Counted from the first letter of the stretch, positions 26,040-38,695 are shown. The stretch is 64,000 bases of DNA from Octopus sinensis (GCF_006345805.1 NC_042997.1:158844001-158908000), one strand, 5' to 3'. The notes: generated from the letters alone by a model not told the origin. A program made the numbers and translations.

Positions 26040-27200
26040 TATGCATATGAGATGAGTAACAGTCGATGTATACATGGTCAGAATATAGAACGCAAGAAAG
26101 ATGTTTATTGTTTAGTTTCTGTTTCGCCATTGGGTCACTGCACTTGTGAAAAGGGAAAACAGAATTGCTTTGTATGATATGTTCCCGACAGTTATGTATG
26201 TTCATTTAGTGGTTTATTTCTTTTGCATGATTCCCTGATCTGATGTCAGTGTATTGTCATTCTTTTTCTTAGTGTCATACCCCTTTGTCCGATATAGTAT
26301 TCTCGGTATCTTTACACGTTGTAATGCAGATTGGGTTGTACGAATTTCAGGGAAACTCCTTTCTAATTTGAAAGGTAAATGAAATGAAATTCGGAATCTT
26401 CTAATCATCTACATACTTTTGGGTCAGCCCTTTGAGTATATATATTTGCATTAGTCAATGCTCTTTTTTTTACGATTCTGTATCTTTAGATATATGTTCG
26501 TGAAATATTCGGTTTTCTTGGATTAAAATATATGGGATACTATCTTTCCTTCGGTTTTGTTGTTCGGAGTTCTTAAGTATCAGTTTCTTTGGAGTTCTGA
26601 ATTGCAACTTCAAGCTGTTTTATGGAGTATTTTCTTATTATAAGTATTTCTTATATTTCGTTTAATCTTCAGTCTCTCGTTTCAGGGTTTGATACAATTG
26701 TGCCTGTTCGTTTAGCTAGACTGAATTGGCTGTTGCTTTGTGTGTAGTTTGGGTAACATGATGTGAATAGGAGTTATTGTCGTGCGTCGGTGAGTTTAAA
26801 GTATATGCCGGTTTCCGGTAGTGTGAAAACTTTTGCCAAATTCCATGATGAATTGAATGTGAGGATTTATGTTGTTCATAAGATTTTGGAATTGCTTCAG
26901 TTTCTCAATATTTTCCTTCCACAAATGAAACAACCATCTAGAAACCTCTTTCAGTTTTCTTTTAAAAAAGCTGAATTATTTTCCCAAGGTTGCTAAGAAT
27001 TTCTTAAAGAACAAGTTGGTATACGTGGACGCAAATTTTGTGCCCATAGCCGTTCCTGACATTTGTCAATATATAATTCTGAGCTGTGATATATTAATAA
27101 AACAATAATGTCAGACAACCCATGATAAAGTGGCAAATTATGAATTTTTAAGATCTCAGAACACCAAGAAAAAGCAGTCAGATCTTCAACGTCATATCTT
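26040..27200 (-). mobile_element. Penelope-like element remnant (RT plus GIY-YIG)
   Basis: SGTAMGTKFASTYTNL (27011-27060), KRFLDGCFI (~26925-26955), IYFKLTDARQ, and EYYIGQRGMTLRKRMTIH*HQIRES (~26230-26300); many stops and frameshifts. Confidence 0.85.
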
Positions 27201-29450
27201 ACAATTATGTGTTCAACACCCTAACCACTAAATCACACACATTAAATAAATAAATTGACTAATATTAACTAATATTCCTCTGGAGAAGCCTCAAAACGAC
27301 TAAATAGTCAAGGCTGGAATGCTTTTGATTGTAGATGTCACCGATGAGATTTGTCAACGAGAAAATCCTTGCAGTATTAGCAAAAGTACCAATAGCATTA
27401 GTATTATGACAAGTAACACCATGGATAATACCGGTGTAAAGGTGTGTCAGCCCATGTTTCGGATAGGAAGCGGAATCTTGGAAAAGGGTGACAAGCATGC
27501 ATTTATGAGCAGTTGACTGTTCAAACTCGACCGATGCACTTGTTGGATTGTTATTACCATAAAATATATACCGTCTGGAGTTGATAGAGATTGTTCACAC
27601 ATATGGTTTTAGTATCAATAATCTTTTGGTTTATATAGCATGTTCTCACTCATTCTTTCCTCCTCTCTTTCTTCTTTTATGTCTGGCGCTCTGTTTGTAT
27701 TTCTGTCTCATTTCTCCCTTTCTTTCAATCTCTCTCTCTCTCTCTGACTTTCTGTCTCTTACATACACCCAATCTCTCTCTCTCTCTTTCTCTCTCTCTG
27801 TTGTGTGTTTCTATGCACTTGTGTGACCGGGCATTTATGCGTGCATATTTTGTGTGCGTGTCATCTACAACTCAGAACCAGTCTGCTTAAGCTTTCAGAT
27901 AAACACACCAGCAAAAGATATATATTTTGATAAACATCATACTTTTGTGTAGAGGATTCGTAAAGAGCGAGTTTACAATTTTTTTTATTGTTCAGTTTTG
28001 GTGCTAAATTAATTCTCCAGAAGATTACCTTTCAGTACTGATAAAGAACATATTTATTCATATTTTTAATCTAAATCGAAATTCGTTATCTCCAACTTTT
28101 GTAAAATGCGTCTGTTTGCCAGTCAACTGTAGTCAAAAATAAATATATCACTCATCATTGAGAAAACAATATTTGTTCGTTCATATGTATCTAGAAAAAT
28201 TAGAAGATGAATAAAACTATAAAATAGAGGGTAGTGAGAGGTGGGAATTTTTAAGAGGGAGATGTAGTGATGGGCATTTATAGATGTTATTCACAGCGGA
28301 AAAACTCTAATTATAAGCGAAGAGAGTTCTATCATTTCGATTTACTGTCAGTAGTTTAAAAACCGTTAATCAACCGGAAACACAATGACAGATAGATGTA
28401 CGTCTGATGAATTTATCAACTAAGTTTAATAGTATTCATTTTTTAAATTTGCCAGCGTTTTATTTTGATGATTTATGTTATTTTATAACTAATATTTTTG
28501 CTGAAATCATATTTACATTTGCAATTAGAAACTAACCGAAGACTAAATAATATGTATGAAGATCGCTTGAACAAACTAAATTATAATAGCTTTCGGGTGG
28601 TATTTATTAAACATTCTATTTGATCTAAATATTTTTTTTTAATTATTTCTAAAATTGTTTTATATAACCCTATGAGGATTTGGTAAAGAATAATCTGTCA
28701 TTTTTAATTCATTGTTATATGCGATTTCATCATTATAACCACATGCGCATACTGGACTTCAGTTTCGTCATTTTCAATTTACCATTATTCGATCAATTAT
28801 ATTCCTTTACCATTATTCAATCAATTATTTTCTAATGCTTGGCCGAATAGGGATTTATATAAAAGTTTTAATGAATTATTCAGATCCCGAACAAATACAT
28901 AATAAATATATACAAGAATGGATAGAGCTATATTATTTTTTATCATGCTTCATTGTGTAAAGTAATGTATATATTTTTCTATTATATTCTATTGAGCAAT
29001 GGTGCTTTTATATTTTTATTGATACTATTTCACGCCGAGGGAAGAATTAGCAAGATTACCAGTTGTGCTTCCCTAGAAGTAGATACTCAGGTTTCATGCT
29101 TATCTATGGTTGATTCCTCCTCCGGACACACTGCGAGGAGATGGTTTCATCAGTGATCTCTTCTAACGTACTGTATATTACAAAATAACATTTTATTTTT
29201 TAACATACGACTCTTCAAAAGTAAAACGAGAAACTGTTGAATTCAAACTTTCAACATTAAGAGCGTAAATGAAAATGACTTCAACTAAGAATGAAAACTG
29301 TAACCAGTGTTTACCACTCTTCTATAGAATTTCCAATAATGACAACTTCCAAGACAGGATACTGATTTTGAAAGGGGGAGAATTATAGTCACTTTATCCA
29401 CACCAGTACGCATTTTATTAATAACTGGAATAATGAACGTACACATGCCA

Positions 29451-29849
29451 CTCTTTTACTTGTTTCAGTAATTTGACTGCGGCCATGCTAGAGCACTACA
29501 TTTAATCGAGAAAATCGACCCAGGACTTATTCTTTGTAAGCCTAGTACTTATTCTATCGGTTCTCTTTTGCCGAACCGCTAAGTTACGGGGACGTAAACA
29601 CACCAGCATCGGTTATCAAGCGATGTTGGGGGAAAGACACAGACACACAAACATATATACACACACACACACATACATATATATATATACGACGGGCTTC
29701 TTTCAGTTTCCGTCTACCAAATCCACTCACAAGGCTTTGGTCGAGCGAGGCTATAGTAGCAGACACTTGCCCAAGGTGCCACGCAGTGAGACTGAATCTG
29801 GAACCATGTGGTTGGTAAGCAAGCTACTTACCACACAGCCACTCCTGCC
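29451..29849 (-). mobile_element. SINE family A, near full length
   Basis: Reverse complement is colinear from head (GGCAGGAGTGGCTGTGTGGTAAG) to tail (GAAACAAGTAAAAGAG). Confidence 0.92.
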
Positions 29850-29995
29850 ACTGGTGAATTACAAAACAGAAATTTACCAAAACTGGATTTAGTATTGATT
29901 CAGAACTTAAATACTATCTGCTCAGGATAAGACATAGTTAAGCAATTCTTTTGTGGTAAATATTCGTAGGAGTTTTCGCAAATGAGTAACTTTGA

Positions 29996-30177
29996 AGTGA
30001 AGGGGGACATAGATTACATCGAATCCAGTATTTAACCAGTATTTATTTTATTGACCCTTAAAGAATGAAGAGCAGGTCGACTGTAGTAGCCGTTGAACTC
30101 AGAACGTAAAGAGGCGGAAGAAATGCTTCTAAGTCCTATGTCCAGCACAAGAGATATTCTGCCAATTAGCCGCCTTC
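29996..30177 (-). mobile_element. SINE family M, degenerate
   Basis: Colinear with the family M consensus seen at 50667 and 60966. Confidence 0.65.
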
Positions 30178-30201
30178 TTTTATGATAAATAGTTTCACAA
30201 T

Positions 30202-30616
30202 AGCATTATTAAATATCTGAACGAGATGTAAACAGTAACCGCTCGACAATGTAAAGTATAATAGCCATCACAATATGGCTAACCACAAAGGGTGGGTGTT
30301 ACTGTAGCTTTTAGCCCCAGGAGATCATCGTCTCCAGCTGGCTTTAGGCACACTATCTGTGTCCTTATGGCATTTGTAAAGGGAGGCCATCCCTTTCTCG
30401 TAAGCCTAAGTGATACGCACTGGGCCGCAGTTTCGAGGTTGTTGTCTCTTGTCAACGGGCGGTAATCACCGGATTACGATGAAAGGGAAAGCCTGTATGC
30501 AACTACTTAAGTGTTTTTCTAGTAACTTCCGTCACTGATTTCGAAAAACTGTCTGCAAGCATTATTAAATCTCTGAACGAGATGTAAACAGTAACCGCTC
30601 GACAATGTAAAGTATA
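30202..30616. repeat. 59-bp direct repeats flanking a 297-bp insert
   Basis: 30202-30260 and 30558-30616 differ at one base. Confidence 0.9.
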
Positions 30617-31178
30617 GCTCTAGAAATTGCAAAATGTTTTGCCGTTGTTATACAGACAAGTCTCAGCTCTTTCCGAACAAATATATGATTAAAGGTGTTC
30701 CAATCACCACCATCTTGTCATTTTATGGGTATCTCAGACTAAATTATCCAATGTACCCTACGTGGGCAGTTTACTGTCAATGGCAAAAAAGATTTTAGCT
30801 GTTAATTTTAGTAGCTAGTATGAAAACATAGAGGCTTAAATTTTCATGCGTTATCTAAGTAAGTGAAAGGTTCCAATCATCGACAGCCAAAGGGCTACCA
30901 TTTAAAAACAAAATATGGTAATCTAAAGCGAGTTGCGCTGGCGTAGTATGTCGAGAGTTTATGAACAACCAGTTGAAATACGATGTGGAAAAATGTTATT
31001 CTAAAGTCTGTTACATTTTTTTACTTGTTTATCAACGGAATCTTTTAGCTTAACAGCGATCGATATCTAATAATTTCCTCTCTACGGAGATAAATTGTAA
31101 TCATGTCGGTTTGGCACTTAGCGTTTTCAGTGAAATGACTTGTAAGATCATTAAGTTGTCAGTGAGACTTTAACAAGC

Positions 31179-31183
<5 letters not shown>

Positions 31184-31260
<77 letters not shown>
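31184..31260. repeat. Pure (TA)n array
   Basis: Direct read. Confidence 0.97.
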
Positions 31261-31263
<3 letters not shown>

Positions 31264-31659
31264 TGTGTGTGTGTGTGTGCGTAATTTTTAATGACTGTTT
31301 AGAGTACGTGTGCCACGTAAGAATTTAGGCTGGCCCCAAATGCTTGTTCCAAATAGTGAGATTAACAGATAAGGTTATGTTAAATTCTAACACAGTTCAT
31401 CATTGTTAATTTTGCTTTGATTCTTCCAAAGCGTTAACTTAACAAATCAAAGCAAAGCAATTTGGAAGTTAGATTTTGATAATCTTAAAGATGTGCATAT
31501 CTAGAGAGAGGGTGTCAGGTTTCTCTTTATTCAATTCCCTCTCTCACTTTCTCTCACTCTTTCTTTTTGACATAAATGTAGTTATATGTGTGTGTGGAGG
31601 GTGTTGTGCTTGTGTGTACACATATAACGTGATCATATCACCGAGCGGACTGTCAGATA

Positions 31660-31880
31660 TTATACACCACTGGTCACAATGCGCTTTAGCCTTCAAATGA
31701 GGACACTCCGCTGGCCAGGCGAGCAGGGTAACATTCCCCACTTGATCGAAAGCCGGACTGGAGCAACCTAAAATAAAGTGTTTTTGGTCAAGAAAACAAC
31801 TTGCCACTCGGTCTGGGAATTGAAACCACTGTCTACCTATTGTATGTGCAACACCCTTCACACCAGACCACGCATCCCTC
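31660..31880 (-). mobile_element. Degenerate tRNA-derived SINE
   Basis: Minus strand GCGTGGTCTGGTG...GGTTTCAATTCCCAGACCG A/B-box-like head; body similar to the 50087 copy. Confidence 0.55.
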
Positions 31881-31914
31881 ACAACTATATATATATATGT
31901 GTGTGTATATATAT

Positions 31915-32342
31915 GTAGGAGTGGCTGTGTGATAAGTAGCTATAGGTGTAAGAGTGGCTGTGTGGTAAGTAGCTTGTTTAGGAAACACATGGTTCCGGGT
32001 TCAGTTCCGCTGCGTGGCACCTAGTTTCTTCTACTATAGCCACGGGCCGACCAAAGCCTTGTGAGTAGATTTTCTAGATGGAAACTAAAAGAAGCCCGTC
32101 GTATATATGTATATATATATATATATGTATGCGTGTGTGTATATGTTTGTGAGTCTGTGTTTGTCCCCCAAACATCGCTTGACAACCGATGCTGGTGTGT
32201 TTACGTCCCCGTAGCTTAACGGTTCGGCAAAAGAGACTAGGCACACAAAGAATAAATCCTGGGGTTGATTTTCTCGACGAAAGGCGGTGCTCCAGCATGG
32301 CCACAGTCAAATGACTGAAACAAGTAAAAGGTTAAAGAGTAA
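31915..32342 (+). mobile_element. SINE family A, full length with duplicated 5' end
   Basis: GAGTGGCTGTGTG(A/G)TAAGTAGCT occurs twice (31915-31941 and 31944-31973); body and tail complete. Confidence 0.92.
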
Positions 32343-34045
32343 GAGTATATATAAAGAGACAGAGAGAAAGAGTGAGAGAGAGATTTATGATGTTGCACTA
32401 TGGAAGAAGTTCCTATGGTTGTCGCCCGACCTGCCTCCAAGAGTAGTGAAAATAATTTGCTGGCTTGTTAGTCGATTACTTCAGTTAGTCGATGTTTGAG
32501 ACATATTTCATCCAGTAAGAAAGCCATTGACTGTATTTTGTCATGGAGAAAATTTCTCGCAGAGACAAATAGGTGTAAATATACTAAGTGAGCTTACAGT
32601 GCTACCTAACCAGATTGTGGGATTCATCCATTTCGGATTGATTATCTCCGCTTCAACCATAGATACCGGAAAGGCAAGCACTGCTGACACGAGAGATAGG
32701 TTGCAAGAATTTATAGTTTAACGGGACTCACATACTCAATGATTTGACTAGTTAACTACACCTTTTATATAATTAGGTGTTCAATACTCTAAATTCATTG
32801 CATTAAATAGTTAACTTTGCTTTTCGTCATTTAAAATATATACAACTAAGTTTTTAGTGGTGTCTAGGTTCGAATCAATTGTCTAGGACCTTGCCTTTAC
32901 GAGAAATGTCTATAAAATATACCGTTACGTGCAGTGAAGAGAACAAAGATAAAATCGGTAAAATAAAATTCAATTGACGGACAGTTGATCTGAGATAATT
33001 GATTTACTAAATAGTTTGAACTTTACAATTTACTTAGCTTATTCGCCTGTATTTTTAAATAAATAAATTCTATAAAATTAGATAACACCAAAAAAGAGAA
33101 AAGTTTCTCTAAATCTCAAATATGTTAAAACTATTAATCAATTAAGCTGTTCTGATGTTCCTATGCTTCCTATATAAAGAGCATTTAGTACTTCGTGCTA
33201 CATTTAAATTATTTATTCAGAACATTTAACGAAAAATATAGACTAATTTACTTTGTTATTTCTGAATGCTGCAGTCAAAGCATATATTTTATTGCGCCTA
33301 GTAATTAAGGGTTTTATTCTAATTATATGTTCGAATTAACATTTTGTCTGAAAAAAAATTTCTTGTCATGATTAACTCATTAATATTTATGATAGTAATA
33401 TCTAAATAAATTTACGAGGCAATATTCAAATAAATTAGACTGGTGTAAAAATTAAATGAATATGAAATTAATTATAATTAAATGTTATACTTTATATTAT
33501 ATTTTTTCCATTTTCTAAAGATAACAAACATATAATGAACAGAAATATCGCTTCTGTTCCTATAAATCGGAGTTGTATATTCTAACGTATAGCTAGGTCA
33601 TAAAAAAACGTATTCACACTTTATATATAATTTAACTAATCTCCATCATTACATTATAGTGACTATGCAATGTAGATGAAATCAAGTCCCGAAAGACACG
33701 TTATACAACATAAATATAAGAAAACAACAGTGTAAACCTAGACATAAGTACATACACACAGTCACATTGTTACACATACACTCTTGAAACACGCTGACAC
33801 GCGCATAAACTTACATGTTTAGACATATTTTTTATATGAAAATATTTATATTAGTTTCCAGTTTTTTAAATTGAGATCTATGTAAGAAAATGTTCTAATG
33901 AATGTTTAAAACACCACCCTTTGCATGGTTCAACCGGATGTGTGTGGTGAGAGTTGTGTATGTTTGTGTATGTAGTTGAATGCATGTGTATAAATGTGTG
34001 TGCATGTATGCATTCATATTTACACACATACATGTATACATAATA

Positions 34046-34981
34046 CAGTCTGCGATGGGTAAATTGTCGCCATTTGCTATTTTAATTTCGCGCATGCGCA
34101 TTTTTTGTTTTTGATTTTGTCGACTGCACAGTATCATGTGGTCAGTTGGGCACTGTCTGTGAGTAAAACGACACCATGAAATTTGGAAATGACATGCAAT
34201 ACTACTTGGCATTCGCGATGGAAGCTCCAAGAGGAACATACATTTCAGAGTGATTTGGAGTCAATCTGAGGACAGTGCAGTCTGAGGACACGTACCGAGA
34301 CTGTTAAAAATCAAAAATCCAGTCAACATCATAGTGTTTGAAGGGATCGCTAATGATTACGACGTTATACCTCCATTCATCTTCCCCGCACGGCCTCAAA
34401 CTCAAAACGGATGCCTACATCAAGTGCCTGGAGGGGGTAGTGCTGCGCTGAGTCAAGTGGGTGTCTGCTGGAAGACACTATGTTTGGCAACACGACTCTG
34501 CACCATACTACACAAGCAGGAGAACCCAATCAGGGCTGTCAGACAATTTCAGCGACCACATCACCCCTAACATCTGACCACCTAACTCCCCAAACTGCAA
34601 CCCCTTGATTATTATGTGCGGGACGCAGTTGAGCGAAGACCAACAAAACTCCTCGTAAAACCAAAGATGAACTGAACGCAAGGATTATAGCAGCATTCAG
34701 CATCTTAAACAAGGAGACCGTTCAGAAGAGCTGCAGAAGATTTCGAAGTGTCGTCTGGAGGCCGTGGTTGAAGCCAATGGCGATTTTATTGAATAAATTT
34801 ACTCTTTAGTATTTTCAAGATATTTTTATGGAATTTTAGTAAATATATCTGTCACAATATGATGTCAGTGTTTTACTGACCGCACTCTACTGTACTGTGC
34901 AGTCGACCGAATCAAAAATAACCAATGTACATGCGTGAAATTAAAAATATAAAATGGCGAAAATTTACCCAAATCACCCTA
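34046..34981 (+). mobile_element. Internally deleted Tc1/mariner-superfamily element, DD37D (maT-like)
   Basis: ~85-bp imperfect TIRs, TA on both flanks; catalytic segment WQHDSAP...I*PPNSPNCNP-LDYY with 37 residues between the second and third Asp (allowing one frameshift); ends EANGDFIE*. Confidence 0.88.
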
Positions 34982-35899
34982 TACTTATGGAAAGAAGAGG
35001 TGTATTGTCACGCAGGAAAAATATAGAATTTGTTTTTGAAAATTCGCTTGAATATGAAAAATGTGTAGCTGTTTTTAAATAGTTTTATTCACATTCATAC
35101 CAGACTAGTTACAACAATTTTTAGTTTATATATGTTAGAAGTGTTTATAAAACAATGGGATTTTAACGCAGTTTAAAGTTACGAAGTAGACATCGAACAA
35201 ACATATTTAAACGATCAAACGTTAATATAAAATTCAATTACAGGGATAGATAATATCAAAGTAAATGTTCGGCGAAGAATATAATAAATGCACATTGCTA
35301 AAAGCTCGATCATATTGAGTTTTTATAGAATACGTAGACAAGAGAAAGGAAAAATAAAAGGAGAAAAAATTTTCTTTTACAGTTTCTGTCATCTTGCGTG
35401 TAGTTCTTTCGTCTGTCGCGCACTGGTCTTTTCACTTTTAACGGAGTATTGGGGAAATCAGAGATTATCTTGGTTGGATCCGGGTACATAGGAACAGGTT
35501 TTGATTGGTAGTGGGTTTCGTGACGTCACATTATTTTAATAAAGAACCTGTTTTTGTTTTAGTCAAGTTTGGCATTCTGCTTGGTTGATTTCCCTGAAGG
35601 GACTCGGTTGTTAGTTTATTCCCAATGGTCATCAACCATTCTGGTTAGTTAATTCTCTTAATGAGTCAGTTTTTCTGAGGGTCTGGTTCTGTTCAGAGGT
35701 AAAATTTCATTGATGTAGTGAGAAATGGTGTTTGAGGTGTATGGTATTATTGTATAGTGATTTGAGGTTGGGATTTCGAAATCCAGGAGAGAGCTTGTCT
35801 CTAGAATTTTCGAACTATGTCTGTTGTATCTGGTTGTTGTTTTTTTTATTTATGGAGAGATTGAGGTTTTCTTCTTTCTAGTGTGTTATTAAAGGAGAT

Positions 35900-36150
35900 T
35901 TAGTTGCAGTTTATATTTTTTTAAAGAGCATATTTTCTTTATTCAATCGGATTTGGGTTGAAGTGTTTCTAGTACATTGATAGATAGGGAAGATTTTGTA
36001 TTTAGGGTTTATATCTGCGGAGCATTGATCTAGGTGTTTGCTAATGGGAATTTTCCTGGTCGTGGTTCCCGGCATTGTTGCCTGTGTATCGCCAGTCTGT
36101 CCCTCAAGGTCAATCAAGTTTGACCTATGTAGTCTCCATCACACCCACCT
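35900..36150 (-). mobile_element. Penelope-like GIY-YIG remnant
   Basis: DYIGQT*LTLRDRLAIHRQQ, then frameshift into TTRKIPISKHLDQC...KYKIFPIYQC; similar to the 26230-26300 segment. Confidence 0.72.
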
Positions 36151-37084
36151 GCGTGACAACAGGTGACGTTGTGTGTACCGTGTTTTTGCATTTTAGAATT
36201 GAGCACGATTGTTCAGCGCATACCAAAGCTAAGTTTACATTTAAGAAAAATGTTTGCACAGTCTATTTACCACCAAAATTGTAGTTCACTTATTCAGTTG
36301 CATGACCCATAAAGACTCTGCTCTATAAAGACGAAATACCGGTCGCTTTTCATAAAACGCATGTTAGATACAATAAATGCAAGTAAGTCTGTATGAATAT
36401 CAAACGAAAGATGTTTTTTGGTTCATTGCTAAAGAGTGACATATTTTGACATTTGAAAATTCACTAGATAAATGTGTTGACAATGATTTTACAGGATTCC
36501 TTGTATCAAACGAAATAAAGTTCTTCATAATTTGCTTGACTATGCAAAAAGTGTCACAGGACCTGTTGCCAAGGAAATGGCAAGTTATCTAAATGAAAAA
36601 AATGTAACCAAATAGATGAATGTCAACAAAGAGTCGTTGGTTTTGTGCTAACTTCAGACTCTTAATGCTGATAAATACAAAAGAAGTGATGAAAACAAAG
36701 CAGTTGTCGTTGAAAGACATTTGATTGACAAGTTAATCAAATTCGTGGGAGAAGCGATTACATTCACTACACAGAAAGAGCTAATGAATTTTTATTTGGT
36801 GTTTGATGAATTATAGAGTAACAAAAAAGTCAAATGAAGTAACTTCACTTAAACGAAATGTTTAAAAAGATAGTGAAACAGAATGTGTGCCCTGTAACCT
36901 CAAATTCAAGCACTCCAGTTTCCATCTTGCAATATCGGAAATACGAAATACAATGTTGAACAACGAAAAAAGTAGTAATCCTGATGATCCAGAAAATTTT
37001 TAAATATGTCACCTTGAGGCAGAGATCGTGTAGCATCCTATTAATTCAGTTATTAATTATTGTACTTATCTACAGATGTAATGC

Positions 37085-37148
<64 letters not shown>

Positions 37149-37149
37149 A

Positions 37150-37330
37150 AGGGAAAGTTTACAAAAAAAAAAAAAAGACGAAGACAGGTGGTGTACAAAA
37201 CAAACAAATGTATTAGTATAGCGCTCAGGAATAGAAAAAGTCTTTTACGTTTCGAGCCTACGCTCTTCTACAGAAAGGGACACAGAAAAAACAAGGAGAG
37301 AAACAAGGAGAGAAAAGATGGCTAACGATC
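37150..37330 (-). mobile_element. Family B-related short element with hammerhead-like motif
   Basis: Shares the GAGC/GCTC stem II, GAAACGT and downstream TTCCTGAGCG with family B; TA arrays on both sides. Confidence 0.7.
37242..37277 (-). ncRNA. Hammerhead-like motif with A6U core change
   Basis: CTTT-CTGTAGA-A-GAGC-GTAG-GCTC-GAAA-CG-TA-AAAG; stems I and II are perfect, core is CUGUAGA. Confidence 0.6.
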
Positions 37331-37335
37331 TACAT

Positions 37336-37379
<44 letters not shown>

Positions 37380-38159
37380 TGTAGACCTAAGTAGTTAAAA
37401 AATTTCTATTTAAGAACAGTAAGAAGTTAATAGCTAAGTATATCAAAGTAAGAAAACATTTTAATAAGAATTTATAGAAAATAAGAAGAAATATATATAA
37501 CTTACATTTGAAGAGACAAGGTATTAAAATTTGAGGTAGGGAAGAGATAAAGAGGAGACAGTAGGTATGGGCGTAATGAGAGTTAGAGTTATTCAGACTG
37601 AAGAGATTTTATAAGTTGCAATGTTACAGGTGCCATTACGTATATGATTATATAGATTCTAGGGGGTATATCATTAGGAGACTTACTTAAATAAAGGCCA
37701 GTACAAATATACATCGGTAGGGTAGAACATCATAGAAAGGAAAAACATTTTAATCACCAAAAATATGATGAAATCAGAAGAATTAGGCAGGTGTTTTCAA
37801 GGGATAGTAATTACATATAGCACTCTACATACCATAACATATAGTTTATAACATATGCAATGCAATTTAATTCACCATATGACTCAATTACCTATGATTT
37901 TATTATATTTAATACTCGAGGATAAGTATACAACGGATAAGACACCAAAATTAATTTCCACTATCACAGTTCAAGTATGGCACCTATAGTCGCTAGTATG
38001 GCACCTATAAACTGCAGAGTGTGGAAAAGTCGGAGACTAGTAAATTCCTTTGAAATTTCCCAATCCAAACAGATCAGGTGCTAGAACATAACAAACTGGA
38101 CCTAGTGGTGGTGGACAATGTTCATAATAAATGCTATATAGTTAGCGCAAATGGTCAAG

Positions 38160-38351
38160 AAGGAATGCGAAAAGATAAATAAATACAACCCTCTTAAGTA
38201 CTAAATAGCCCGGCTTAAAATAGTGCCAATTATTGTTGGGTCCTTGAAAACAGTATCAGAAGGCATCAATAGAAATATAAAGGAAATTGGAATAGAGTTC
38301 CCTGTAGAACTGTTACAAAAAGTTTGCTTCCTTGCCACAGCCAACGAATAA
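38160..38351 (+). mobile_element. 3' fragment of an RLE-type non-LTR retrotransposon (R4/Dong/NeSL-like)
   Basis: KECEKINKYNPLKY*IARLKIVPIIVGSLKTV...ELLQKVCFLATA matches the KExEKxxKY / VVPVIVGxLG / LQKxxLLGTA C-terminal pattern. Confidence 0.72.
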
Positions 38352-38695
38352 CATGGTACCACAGGCAGCAGATAGTAATCCCGCTACGCGTGCAAGGCCC
38401 CAGGCGCTCCAACCAAACCTGTGATAAAGAGAAAATTATAGATCTAAAAATAGACACAGGAAAATAAGTTGTTTGCCCCACTTCTTTTCTCTTATTGTAA
38501 AAACTAACATAAGTAATTGATTCTCTCTTGGACAAACATTTTCCAGAAAATCACAGTTATAGGAAAATGTTTAATAGATGCTGATATAGCTAGTGTCTCA
38601 ATATGAAAAGCACCATTTCACGAGAACGACACCAATAGCCCACTCACAGTTATATCTATTGAGACTCAGGAATCTATCCACTAGACCAGGGAAGC

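Noticed and set aside
27319-27516. Overlapping 65-aa (+) and 77-aa (-) ORFs in unique sequence
   Set aside because: Weak splice context, no recognisable domain, and length expected by chance.
29090-29160. CTGATGA on the minus strand with a downstream GAAA
   Set aside because: The intervening sequence does not form stem II.
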